Source: Halanaerobiales bacterium (GTDB lineage: Bacteria > Bacillota > Halanaerobiia > Halanaerobiales > M55B127). Taken from it: a stretch of 58,323 nucleotides of DNA. The notes under the pieces were generated by a model that saw nothing but the letters and a program-made list of their open reading frames with translations, searched no databases and was not told where the DNA came from. A program made the translations under genes and the position numbers. Where the stretch lies: the NCBI GenBank assembly GCA_046482435.1, contig JAWOEZ010000004.1, forward strand, positions 1 to 58,323, read 5' to 3'. Shown here in pieces: positions 1 through 9,536 of the stretch; within the stretch, counting starts at the first letter, position 1, and every line of letters begins with the position of its first letter.

Positions 1-191
1 TTCTTGGAATAAAGATAAATTTGTAGCTTAAAATATAAACTAAAAGTATCTCCGAGTCTGTAAAAAGATAGGAGTAGTGGGTATGGACTACCCGAATAGG
101 TAACTTGATCGATGTTACGGGTGAAATTCATCTTATGTCCCATAAGATCAAGCGACTATGAAGCTCGGTATTTCAATGCCGAGTAGTTCAC
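1..191 (+). mobile_element. Right end of a decayed IS200/IS605-family (tnpB) element, including the putative omega-RNA scaffold
   Basis: Subterminal hairpin CTCGGTA-TTTCAA-TGCCGAG (164-183) followed by TAGTTCAC, ending in TCAC at 191, typical of IS605/IS1341 right ends. A second hairpin lies at 130-148 (ATCTTATG/CATAAGAT). Frame 2 reads NKDKFVA*NIN*KYLRVCKKIGVVGMDYPNR*, resembling a degenerate TnpB C-terminus (NAD.NGA.NI) with stops. Confidence 0.75.
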
Positions 192-192
192 A

Positions 193-379
193 GGTGGACT
201 GACTGATAGAAAGGTATTTATTCTTTCAGTAGTAGTATAGGGTTAGGGATTACCTTTAGACCTAATATTGGGGCAAAACTCCCTGAAACCTTATCGACAA
301 CTTTATCTTCGGGAATTACCGTGGAAGCGATTAGTATATTTTGCTCAACTTGCTTTTAGCCCGTCAAAAAACCAGTTGA
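193..379 (+). pseudogene. C-terminal remnant of an NCS2/NAT xanthine-uracil permease
   Basis: Across two frameshifts it reads LTDRKVFILSV / IGLGITFRPNIGAKLPETLSTTLSSGITV / ILLNLLL, matching the last helices of PbuX/XanP-type permeases. It begins directly after the IS right end. Confidence 0.65.
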
Positions 380-421
380 ATGTTAATCAATTTTTGGATT
401 TTATTAAAATTTCTTGTGACG

Positions 422-449
422 TGTGATATAATAAAAATAATATATGACA
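422..449 (+). promoter_or_regulatory. Extended -10 promoter of the xdh operon overlapped by an imperfect inverted repeat (candidate operator)
   Basis: TGaTATAAT at 424-432. Inverted repeat TGTGATATA-N10-TATATGACA with 1 mismatch. Confidence 0.4.
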
Positions 450-542
450 ATCCTTATAAATTAACTTACCTTTAAAAGTAATTTCAAAAGTAGAAGGGAT
501 ATATTAAAGTTATGTTTAAGATTAAAAAGTGGAGGTGTTTTA

Positions 543-2837
543 ATGGAGTTTGAACATGTGAATAAATCAGAAAAAAGGGTAGATGTTTATGAAAAAGTTA
601 CCGGGAAAGCAAAATATGGAGCAGACATGAGATTTCCGGATATGCTTTATGCTGAGGTACTTCATACTGAATATCCCTATGCAAAAATACAGAATATTGA
701 TACAAGTAAAGCAGAAAAAGAGCCCGGTGTTAAAGCTGTTATTACAGCACAAGATATCCCGAATAATAAATTTGGAGTAATAATAGAAAACCAGCAGGTT
801 TTGGCCCGAGAAAAAGCCCTATATATTGGTGATGGAATTGCAGTAGTTGCAGCCGAGACAGCCAAACAGGCTGCCCAGGCTGTAGAGATGATAGAAGTTG
901 AATATGAAGAATTAGAAGGAATCTATGATCCTCTCGAGTCAAGAAAACAAGATTCTCAACTTGTCCATCAGGATTTAGAAAATAATGAAGTTATTCACCA
1001 CCCTTTAAGAAAAGGGGATATTAAGAAAGGTTTCAAAAATTCAGATATAATAATAGAAAGGGAATATGATACTCCTTTTATCGAACAGTCCTATATAGAA
1101 CCCGAAGCAGTAGTAGCAGTTCCTTATCAAGAGAATTCTACTGTAACGGTCTATGGTTCTGTTCAAAATCCGTTTGCAACCCAGAGTGCTGTTGCCACTG
1201 TATTAAAAGAAGATCTTAACAAAGTTAGAATCGTACAAAACCATATGGGCGGTTCTTTTGGAGGGAAAGATGAAGTTGTTTCTTCCTTGGCAGCCCGTGC
1301 TTCTGTCCTAGCTTTAAAAACAGAACGACCTATTAAATTAGTTAACAGCCGGGATGAATCTATAAAAGAAAGCTATAAAAGACACCCCTATAATATGAAG
1401 TACAGGATCGGAGCTACTGAAGACGGAAAGCTCCAGGCAATGGAAATAGAAGCGGTCGCAGACAGTGGTGCTTATGCCTGCCAGACTCCATTTGTAACCT
1501 GGAGGTCTGTTGTACAAGCCACTGGTCCTTATGAAATAGATAATGTTAAGACCGATACTTATGGATATTATACGAACAATGTATATACTGGAGCGATGAG
1601 GGGTTATGGTTCACCACAGGTAATATTTGCTCAGGAATCTTTAATGGATGAGTTAGCTGATGAACTAAAGATGGATCCGGTTGAATTAAGACTAAAAAAT
1701 ATCTATCATAATAATTCGATTACTGCCAGTGGACAAAAATTGGATAGCCATGAAGTTAGTTTAGAAGAGGTGTTAACCAAAGCGGTAGAGGAAAGTAACT
1801 TTGTTAAAAAATATAAAGAATATCAAAAAGAGCAGCCGGGAGATAAAAAACGCGGTATCGGACTTTCCATAAGTTTTAGGGGATGTAGTTTAGGTGCTGA
1901 AGCGATTGATGCAGCTGGAATAATCCTCTCACTTAAAAAAGATGGTAGTGTAAGTCTTTATAGTGGACTTGCTGAAAACGGGCAAGGGTTAAAAACGGTA
2001 TACTGTCAGATGGCTGCAGAAGAATTAGGAATAAAGACTTCCAAGGTAAACTTTATGGAAGTTGATACTTTAATTTCTCCGGACAGTGGATCTACTGTGG
2101 CCTCACGTGCAACCTTAATCGGTGGCAATGCGGTTAAAAAAGCTGCGGATAACTTAATTGCAAAAATTAAAGAATATATTGCCGACAATTATGATCAAAA
2201 AGAAGAAAATATTGTTTTAAAAGATGGAGCAATTTATGGCAAAAAAGATGTTGAGATTATGAAGCTCAATGAAATGGCAGCAAAAGCAGCCATGGAAGGT
2301 GTCTATTTAACAACTTATGGCTGGTATGTTTCTCCAGATATTTCCTGGGATGAAGAAACCGGCCACGGTAACCCATACTTTACATATGTTTATGGTTGCC
2401 AGGTTGCTGAAGTGGAAGTTGATATTGGAACCGGTGAAATTGAAGTCTTAAATATGACAGCGGCTCATGATGTAGGGCGTGCGATTAATCCCGCCAATGT
2501 AAAAGGACAGATTTATGGTGGAGTATTAATGGGCTTAGGTTATGGTATTATGGAAGAAGTTGAAACCAATAATGGATATATTAAAAACACTAATTTTGAT
2601 GAGTATATGATTCCTACTGTTAAAGATATGCCGGATATAGAACCAATTATCGTAGAAAATCCTGATCCTAACGGACCTTTTGGTGCAAAATCTATCGGAG
2701 AACCCACCTTAGAACTTGGTGCAGCAGCTATTGCTAATGCAGTAGCAAATGCAACTAATAAGAGAATTAGATCACTTCCTCTTAATCTTGAAAAAATAGT
2801 AGTGGGCAGAAATCTTACCAAAGGGGGAGATCATTAA
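543..2837 (+). CDS. xdhA: Xanthine dehydrogenase family molybdopterin-binding subunit
   Basis: 764 aa. Motifs KVTGKAKYGAD, GGSFGGKDE, AMRGYG, GPFGAKSIGE (catalytic Glu). SD GGAGGTG upstream. Confidence 0.93.
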   Translation: MEFEHVNKSEKRVDVYEKVTGKAKYGADMRFPDMLYAEVLHTEYPYAKIQNIDTSKAEKEPGVKAVITAQDIPNNKFGVIIENQQVLAREKALYIGDGIAVVAAETAKQAAQAVEMIEVEYEELEGIYDPLESRKQDSQLVHQDLENNEVIHHPLRKGDIKKGFKNSDIIIEREYDTPFIEQSYIEPEAVVAVPYQENSTVTVYGSVQNPFATQSAVATVLKEDLNKVRIVQNHMGGSFGGKDEVVSSLAARASVLALKTERPIKLVNSRDESIKESYKRHPYNMKYRIGATEDGKLQAMEIEAVADSGAYACQTPFVTWRSVVQATGPYEIDNVKTDTYGYYTNNVYTGAMRGYGSPQVIFAQESLMDELADELKMDPVELRLKNIYHNNSITASGQKLDSHEVSLEEVLTKAVEESNFVKKYKEYQKEQPGDKKRGIGLSISFRGCSLGAEAIDAAGIILSLKKDGSVSLYSGLAENGQGLKTVYCQMAAEELGIKTSKVNFMEVDTLISPDSGSTVASRATLIGGNAVKKAADNLIAKIKEYIADNYDQKEENIVLKDGAIYGKKDVEIMKLNEMAAKAAMEGVYLTTYGWYVSPDISWDEETGHGNPYFTYVYGCQVAEVEVDIGTGEIEVLNMTAAHDVGRAINPANVKGQIYGGVLMGLGYGIMEEVETNNGYIKNTNFDEYMIPTVKDMPDIEPIIVENPDPNGPFGAKSIGEPTLELGAAAIANAVANATNKRIRSLPLNLEKIVVGRNLTKGGDH

Positions 2838-3706
2838 TGATAGAATTTGAAGCTTTAAAAGCCCAAAGTTTAGATCAAGCAGTAAACATCTTGGCAGTTA
2901 AAGGTAGAGCAGCTAAGATTGTAGCGGGTGGAACAGATCTGTTAGTGGGAATTAATAAAAAAGATAAAGAGCTAAATGAATTTAATTACTTACTGGATAT
3001 AAGCTCTGTGAGCGGTTTAGATATTATCGAGGAGAATGAAGATCATCTGAAGTTAGGAGCGTTATGTACCCACAGTCAGATAACAGGATCTGACTTGATT
3101 AATGAAAAGCTTCCTATCTTGAGTAAAGCGGCCCAAACCATAGGTTCTACACAAATTAGAAACAGAGGGACCGTGGGAGGTAATATTAATAATTCTTCTC
3201 CAGCTGCTGATTTAATCACACCACTGATTGCTCTAGAGGCTTCGGTGGTATTACATTCAAGCAGCGGGAAACGCGAATTACCTTTAAGCGAGTTCATTAC
3301 AGGCCCTTACCAGAATGACCGGAGAGAAGATGAAATAATGACAGAGGTGAAAGTACCATATTTACCAACTGATTATTATAATAACTATCAAAAAGTTAAA
3401 CGGAGGCAAGCTGTTGCAATTGCCAGGATTAATCTAGCGGTTCTTACTGATATAAAAGACAATCAGTTTAAGGATATAAGGGTCGCATTTGGATCAGCTA
3501 CTCCAACAGCTATCCGTTTCAGTGAAATAGAAAATGAACTTGAAGGTATAAACATCAATAAAATTGATTATGGCTCAGTCAAAGATAAAACAGGCCAGGA
3601 AATGGTAGATATAACTGGAGAAAGATGGTCCACTCCTTATAAGAGGCCTGTAGTAGGTAATCTTTTAAAGAGAGCCCTCCAGGAAATAATTAAGGAGGTG
3701 CAGTAA
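2837..3706 (+). CDS. xdhB: Xanthine dehydrogenase family FAD-binding subunit
   Basis: AGGTDL and QIRNRGTVGGNI motifs. TAATG overlap with the upstream gene. Confidence 0.92.
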   Translation: MIEFEALKAQSLDQAVNILAVKGRAAKIVAGGTDLLVGINKKDKELNEFNYLLDISSVSGLDIIEENEDHLKLGALCTHSQITGSDLINEKLPILSKAAQTIGSTQIRNRGTVGGNINNSSPAADLITPLIALEASVVLHSSSGKRELPLSEFITGPYQNDRREDEIMTEVKVPYLPTDYYNNYQKVKRRQAVAIARINLAVLTDIKDNQFKDIRVAFGSATPTAIRFSEIENELEGININKIDYGSVKDKTGQEMVDITGERWSTPYKRPVVGNLLKRALQEIIKEVQ

Positions 3707-4182
3707 TGCAAGAAATAAATGTTTCTCTAACAGTAAATAATAAAAAGCATGAAATCACAGTTGAACCTGATGAAAGATTGCTTGATACCCTTAGAGATAG
3801 GTTGAGTTTAACAGGAGTCAAAGAAGGCTGTAGTATAGGTGAATGTGGGGCCTGTACAGTCATCTTAGATGGCGAGGCTATAAACTCTTGTATGGTATAT
3901 ACTTTTCAGATTGATGGTAGTGAGGTATTGACAGTAGAGGGCTTAGAGACTAATGGGAGATTAGATCCTTTACAGGAAGCCTTTATTGATCATCAGGCAG
4001 TCCAGTGCGGCTTTTGCACCCCGGGCATGTTAATGTCTGCTAGGGCGTTATTAAATAAAAATCCAGATCCAAATCGAGATCAGATCAAAACAGCGATTGA
4101 AGGTAATCTCTGTAGGTGTACAGGTTACCAGCAGATTATAGAAGCTATTGAAAGTGCTGCAAAAGAAGACAGGAGTGAATAA
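3706..4182 (+). CDS. xdhC: Xanthine dehydrogenase family 2x[2Fe-2S] subunit
   Basis: GCSIGECGACTV, QCGFCTPG, GNLCRCTGY. Confidence 0.93.
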   Translation: MQEINVSLTVNNKKHEITVEPDERLLDTLRDRLSLTGVKEGCSIGECGACTVILDGEAINSCMVYTFQIDGSEVLTVEGLETNGRLDPLQEAFIDHQAVQCGFCTPGMLMSARALLNKNPDPNRDQIKTAIEGNLCRCTGYQQIIEAIESAAKEDRSE

Positions 4183-4184
4183 AA

Positions 4185-5552
4185 ATGTCTAGGATTTTAA
4201 TTAAAGACATAAAAGAACTAATAACGATGGATCAGGAAAGAAACAGATATAAAGATATTGATATATTAATTGAAGATCAAGAAGTAAGACAGATTGATAA
4301 AAATATTGAGATAGATCTAAAAGAAACTGATGAAATGATTGAAGCTGGGAATTACTTTGTCTTTCCCGGTTTAATAAATACCCATCACCATTTTTACCAG
4401 ACTTTAACTCGAAATATTCCTGAAGCCCAGGGAGTTGAACTGTTCAACTGGCTTAAATTTCTCTATCCAATTTGGGCGAAATTAACCCCAGCCGCAGTTT
4501 ATTACAGCACCCTCTTGGCTTCAGCCGAATTATTAAAAACAGGCTGTACTACCAGTGCAGATCATTTTTATGTATTTCCGGAAAATCAAGAAGACACCTT
4601 AATAGATCACCAGTTTAAAGCGGCTGAGGAGATCGGAATAAGGTTTCACGGTAGTAGAGGCAGTATGTCTTTAAGTGAAGAAGATGGTGGGTTACCACCG
4701 GCCTCTGTAGTACAGTCCGAAGCAGAAATTTTAAGAGATTCCCAGCGTGTAATTGACAAATTTCATGATGATAGTAAGTTTGCGATGCAGAGGGTAGTAT
4801 TATCTCCCTGTTCACCTTTTTCTGTCTCAATGGATTTGATGAAGGAATCTATAAAATTAGCCAGGGAAAATAATGTTTTAAGTCATACCCACCTTGCAGA
4901 AACTTTAGATGAAAATGATTACTGTGTAGAGTCTTTTGGTAAAAGGCCTTTAAAACTAATGGAAGAACTCAATTGGTTGGGTGAAGATGTCTGGTTTGCA
5001 CATGGAGTCCATTTTAATGAATTTGAAATTGCTAAATTAGCAAAAACCAAGACAGGTGTTTCCCACTGTCCAGCTTCTAATATGAAATTATCTTCAGGAG
5101 TTGCCAAAATACCTTTTATGCTGAAAAACAAAATGCCGGTTAGTTTGGCAGTAGACGGAAGTGCAAGTAATGATGCTTCTAATATGATTCTCGAATTAAA
5201 ACTAGCCTATCTCCTCCACAAGGCGTTTCATGGAATAGATAGTATTACTTCCGAACAAATTTTGTCTATCGCAACAAATGGTGGTAGAGAGGTCTTAAAC
5301 CAACCCGAAATAGGAAGTCTTTCAAAAGGTAAAGCGGCTGACCTAATTATGGTTAGAAGTGACCGTTTAGGTTTTGCCGGTGGCCAGAGTGATCCGGTTG
5401 AAGCCCTTGTTAATACGGGTATAACGCAGGAAGTTGACTATAATATAGTTAATGGTAAAGTGGTTGTCCGTAGAGGAGAATTAGCGACTATTGATGAAGA
5501 CAATATAATTAACAAGCACAATGAAATTGCAGAAGAACTCTTGCATAATTAA
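4185..5552 (+). CDS. Metal-dependent amidohydrolase, 8-oxoguanine deaminase/AtzB-like
   Basis: PGLINTHHH, GGLPP, PCSPFS, HTHLAET, SHCPASNMKL, DGSASND. Confidence 0.85.
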   Translation: MSRILIKDIKELITMDQERNRYKDIDILIEDQEVRQIDKNIEIDLKETDEMIEAGNYFVFPGLINTHHHFYQTLTRNIPEAQGVELFNWLKFLYPIWAKLTPAAVYYSTLLASAELLKTGCTTSADHFYVFPENQEDTLIDHQFKAAEEIGIRFHGSRGSMSLSEEDGGLPPASVVQSEAEILRDSQRVIDKFHDDSKFAMQRVVLSPCSPFSVSMDLMKESIKLARENNVLSHTHLAETLDENDYCVESFGKRPLKLMEELNWLGEDVWFAHGVHFNEFEIAKLAKTKTGVSHCPASNMKLSSGVAKIPFMLKNKMPVSLAVDGSASNDASNMILELKLAYLLHKAFHGIDSITSEQILSIATNGGREVLNQPEIGSLSKGKAADLIMVRSDRLGFAGGQSDPVEALVNTGITQEVDYNIVNGKVVVRRGELATIDEDNIINKHNEIAEELLHN

Positions 5553-5566
5553 GGGGGGTTTAATAA

Positions 5567-6898
5567 TTGAAGCTTTATGGTAATGGTGTTTTAATAACTT
5601 TGAATTCGAAAGATACTGTTATTAAAGATGGGGCATTGTTGATTGATGAAGATATAATAAGAGACTATGGTAAAACTGAAAAAATGAAAGCAAAGTATCA
5701 AAAAGCAAATTACCATGATGTAGAAGGTAAAGTAATAATGCCCGGTATGATAAATACCCATATGCATTTTTATAGTACGTTTGCCCGGGGGATGGATTTA
5801 AAGACTGAGCTTCCCCCCCAGAACTTCCAGGAAATTTTAGAAAAACTTTGGTGGCGATTAGATCAGACTATGAATAGCGAAGACATCTATTATAGTGCTC
5901 TTTATGCCTTAATAGAAAGTATTAGGTGTGGGACCACAACAATCTTTGATCATCATGCAAGTTATGGATATATTGAGAATAGCCTGGATATCATCGCGGA
6001 GGCTGTAGTGAAATCAAAATTAAGGACTAATTTATCTTATGAAATTTCTGATCGGCACGGTAAACTAAAGTCTAAAAAAGGTATAAAAGAAAATGAAAGA
6101 TTTATCAGGCGAACTGAATCTTTAAATAATGACTTTATAACCCCGGCAATAGGATTACATGCGTCTTTTACATTAGAAGATGAGACGTTAAAAGAAGCAG
6201 CCGAATTAGCTGAAAGTACTGAGACACCTCTGCATTTCCATGCTGCAGAAGGGGCTGTTGATCAGGAAGACAGTCAAAAAAGAGGGTACAAAAACTTGGT
6301 TGACAGGTTTGAAAAATTAAATATATTAAAAAAAGATTCACTAGCAATTCACGGAGTTCATTTATCAGAAGCTGAGTATCAGGCTTTAGCTAAACATGGT
6401 GTATATCTAATCCACAACCCAGAATCAAATATGGGAAATGCAGTAGGGGCGATCAACCTTAAAAAAGGATTAGATAAGAACTTAACAGTAGGATTAGGTA
6501 CTGATGGATATACCACAGATATGTTTGAAAGTATAAATGTAGCTGATCTACTGCAAAAACATGATAATTCAGACCCCAATTTAGGTGGGGATGATATAAG
6601 AAAAATATGCTTTGCAAACAACAGGAAAATAGCCCAAAGATATTTTAACAAAAAACTTGGAATTATTGCAAAAGGTGTACCAGCTGATGTAATTATGTTA
6701 GATTATAAGTCACCCACCCCTATAACCACAGACAATTATTTCTTTCATGTTTTGTTTGGGTTTAATGGTGGTTTAGTTGATACAACAATAGTGAATGGAA
6801 ATGTATTGATGGAAAATCAGGAGGTGAAAGTATTAGATTATGAAAAAACAATCGAAAAATGCCAAAAACAAGCCAGGAATTTCTGGGAAAGATTCTGA
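5567..6898 (+). CDS. ssnA: Aminohydrolase SsnA
   Basis: MPGMINTHMHFYSTFARG, LWWRLD, GTTTIFDHHAS, GLHASFTL, HNPESNMGNAVG, GLGTDG. TTG start. Confidence 0.88.
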   Translation: MKLYGNGVLITLNSKDTVIKDGALLIDEDIIRDYGKTEKMKAKYQKANYHDVEGKVIMPGMINTHMHFYSTFARGMDLKTELPPQNFQEILEKLWWRLDQTMNSEDIYYSALYALIESIRCGTTTIFDHHASYGYIENSLDIIAEAVVKSKLRTNLSYEISDRHGKLKSKKGIKENERFIRRTESLNNDFITPAIGLHASFTLEDETLKEAAELAESTETPLHFHAAEGAVDQEDSQKRGYKNLVDRFEKLNILKKDSLAIHGVHLSEAEYQALAKHGVYLIHNPESNMGNAVGAINLKKGLDKNLTVGLGTDGYTTDMFESINVADLLQKHDNSDPNLGGDDIRKICFANNRKIAQRYFNKKLGIIAKGVPADVIMLDYKSPTPITTDNYFFHVLFGFNGGLVDTTIVNGNVLMENQEVKVLDYEKTIEKCQKQARNFWERF

Positions 6899-7745
6899 TA
6901 AGTATTTTAGACCCCGGTCCAAAAAAGAATTGATCAACATTTTAGAAAAAGATGAAGGCGAATTAACTGTGATAGCTGGGGGTACAGATCTTTTAGTGGC
7001 TAATTATAAGGAGCTATACAAAATAGAGAAATGGCTTGATTTAAATTGGCTGGAAGGTTTTAAAGAGATTAAATTTTTTGATGATAAAGTTGAAATTGGT
7101 GCCATGGTTACTCATCAAAGGCTAGATAAGTTAGACCAAATAAAAGAACATTTTCCTGTTATTCAGGAGGCTGCTGCTGAGGTGGGTTCTCCTCAGATTA
7201 GAAGCAGAGGGACAATCGGCGGGAATATTGTAACTTCATCCCCGGCAGGAGATCTATTACCACCGTTGTTAGTATATGATGCAAAACTAAAATTACTTTC
7301 AAAAAATGGAGAGAGAATAGTAGATGCCAATGATTTTTTCACAGGACCGAAACAAAATGTCTTAGATAAGGGTGAAATTGTTGAAAAGATAATTCTTCCC
7401 CTTAAGGAAAATAAATATCGGGGAGCCTGGGTTAAAGTAGGAAAAAGAAAAGCATTGGTAATCTCTTCAATAAGTCTAGCGCTTAATCTAGTATTTGATA
7501 ACGATAATAAGATTGAAGATGCAAAATTATGTATAGGTTCAGCAGCACCTGTGCCCCTTAGAATAGATAAAGCTGAAGAAAGGTTAACAAATAAGAAGAT
7601 CAAAAAGATTAATATAGATGAAATAGCGGAGATTGTCTCTGATGAAATATCCCCTATTGATGATATCAGAGGAACCGCAGAATATCGTAGAAAAGTAGCA
7701 TTTAATATAACAAAAAGCGCCTTACAAGAGGTGATTAATCAATGA
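6840..7745 (+). CDS. Second Mo-hydroxylase FAD-binding subunit
   Basis: YFRP, AGGTDL, QIRSRGTIGGNI, PIDDIRGTAEYR. The start is uncertain: the ATG at 6840 gives a 59-nt overlap with ssnA. Confidence 0.88.
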   Translation: MKKQSKNAKNKPGISGKDSDKYFRPRSKKELINILEKDEGELTVIAGGTDLLVANYKELYKIEKWLDLNWLEGFKEIKFFDDKVEIGAMVTHQRLDKLDQIKEHFPVIQEAAAEVGSPQIRSRGTIGGNIVTSSPAGDLLPPLLVYDAKLKLLSKNGERIVDANDFFTGPKQNVLDKGEIVEKIILPLKENKYRGAWVKVGKRKALVISSISLALNLVFDNDNKIEDAKLCIGSAAPVPLRIDKAEERLTNKKIKKINIDEIAEIVSDEISPIDDIRGTAEYRRKVAFNITKSALQEVINQ

Positions 7746-8224
7746 AGATAAGTTTAACAGTAAATGGAGAAAAAAGAGAACTTGATGTTAAACCCGAGAC
7801 AAGGTTGCTCGATTTAATAAGAGATGATCTTGGTTTAACAGGCACAAAAGAAGGTTGTGGAAAAGGAGAATGTGGTGCTTGTACAGTAATAATGGACAAT
7901 AAGGTAGTAGCATCTTGTTTGGTATTAGCAGCACAGGCTGATGGGGCTGAGATAATGACAATTGAAGGATTAGGTAGCAAAGAAAAATTACACCCCTTAC
8001 AGCAGGCCTTTATTGAAAAAGGAGCTGTCCAGTGCGGCTTTTGTATACCCGGAATGATAATGTCCAGTAAAAAGTTACTTGATAAAAACATTAATCCTTC
8101 GGATGAAGAAATAAAAAGAGGTTTATCTGGTAATATATGTAGGTGTACAGGTTATGTCAAAATAATCGATGCTGTTAAAGAGGCAGCCCACAAAATAGAA
8201 AGTGGGGGTGAAGAGAGTGTCTAA
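7742..8224 (+). CDS. Second Mo-hydroxylase 2x[2Fe-2S] subunit
   Basis: GCGKGECGACTV, QCGFCIPG, GNICRCTGY. Confidence 0.92.
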   Translation: MKISLTVNGEKRELDVKPETRLLDLIRDDLGLTGTKEGCGKGECGACTVIMDNKVVASCLVLAAQADGAEIMTIEGLGSKEKLHPLQQAFIEKGAVQCGFCIPGMIMSSKKLLDKNINPSDEEIKRGLSGNICRCTGYVKIIDAVKEAAHKIESGGEESV

Positions 8225-9536
8225 AAAATATGTAGGAGAAAATTTGTTCAAGGTTGATGCCGAAGCGAAAGTTACAGGTGAGGCTGAGTATCCCTCTGAT
8301 TTAAAATTTGATGATTACTTACATGTTAAGATTAAGAGGGCAACTTATCCCCATGCTATTTTAAAAAACCTCGATGTTAGTAAGGCCAAGAAAGTCAAGG
8401 GTGTTGTAGATGTTCTTACTGAACAAGATTATCCGGAACTTAACAAGTTTGGTTTAATAATAAAAGACCAACCTGTTTTAATAAAAGTCGGAGAAAAGAT
8501 GAGATTTATGGGTGATGCTCTGGCGATTGTAATTGCTGAAACAGAACAAGCAGCACTTCAAGCAAGAGATAAAATTGAAGTTGAAGTAGAAAAGCTAGAA
8601 GTTATTTCAGATCCTCATCGGGCCTTAGAAAAAGATGCCCCAATTATTCATCATGATATTGGGGACCTCTGCACAGATTATGTTGATCCCGAGGTTGGAA
8701 AACAAAATATATTAATGGACCATCATTTAGAAAAGGGAGATGTAAAAAAGGGATTTGAAGAAGCTGATTTTATTGTAGAAAATGAGTATCAAACTCAGCA
8801 TATTGATCAACTCCCTATTCAAAATGAAGCTGGATATGCTTTATACGATCAGAATAAAGATGTTGTTAAGATCTGGGCGGCTTCTCAATGGCTCCATGAT
8901 ACGCAAGCCGATGTTGCTCAATCTATGAATCTTCCTAAAGAAAAAGTCAGAATTATTCAGACTGCAATTGGTGGAGCTTTTGGTAAAAAGGAAGATGTTT
9001 CTGTACACATTCACCTTGCTTTGGCAGCAAGACATACTAAACGGCCTGTTAAACTCGTCTATACCAGAGAAGAATCCATGATTTCTCAATCTAAAAGACA
9101 TCCTCTTACAATTAAAGCAAAAACCGGAGTGACCAATGATGGATATTTAACGGCCTGGAAAGTCAAGGTTATCGGTGATGCCGGTGCCTATGCTTCAAGT
9201 AGTCCTGCTGTAGTTCATAAAGGCATGTATCATTGTACAGGCCCCTATAATGTTGCAAATGTAAAAGGGGACTCTTATGCTGTATATACAAATAACACTT
9301 ATGGAGGGGCTATGAGAGGATTTGGTACAACTCAAATGGCTTTTGCATATGAGTCACAAATTGATATTATAGCTCATAAATTAGATATTGACCCTGTTCA
9401 GCTTAGATATCAAAATGCTTATGATATAGGTTCTACAACTCCCAATGGGCAGATTTTAAGCAAGAGTGTAAATTTAAAAAGAACAATAGAATCTGCTGTT
9501 GATCTTTCGAAATGGGAGGGGGAGATTAAGGAATGA
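8217..9536 (+). CDS. Second Mo-hydroxylase molybdopterin subunit, large N-terminal half (NdhL-like)
   Basis: KVTGEAEY, GGAFGKKED, AMRGFG. The ORF track starts at 8202, but GTG 8217 after GGGGGTGA is the likelier start. Confidence 0.88.
   Translation: MSKKYVGENLFKVDAEAKVTGEAEYPSDLKFDDYLHVKIKRATYPHAILKNLDVSKAKKVKGVVDVLTEQDYPELNKFGLIIKDQPVLIKVGEKMRFMGDALAIVIAETEQAALQARDKIEVEVEKLEVISDPHRALEKDAPIIHHDIGDLCTDYVDPEVGKQNILMDHHLEKGDVKKGFEEADFIVENEYQTQHIDQLPIQNEAGYALYDQNKDVVKIWAASQWLHDTQADVAQSMNLPKEKVRIIQTAIGGAFGKKEDVSVHIHLALAARHTKRPVKLVYTREESMISQSKRHPLTIKAKTGVTNDGYLTAWKVKVIGDAGAYASSSPAVVHKGMYHCTGPYNVANVKGDSYAVYTNNTYGGAMRGFGTTQMAFAYESQIDIIAHKLDIDPVQLRYQNAYDIGSTTPNGQILSKSVNLKRTIESAVDLSKWEGEIKE

Noticed and set aside
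192-207. In-window target for the first IS guide (AGGTGGAC also occurs near 50207)
   Set aside because: Only an 8-nt match, which is expected by chance in 58 kb.
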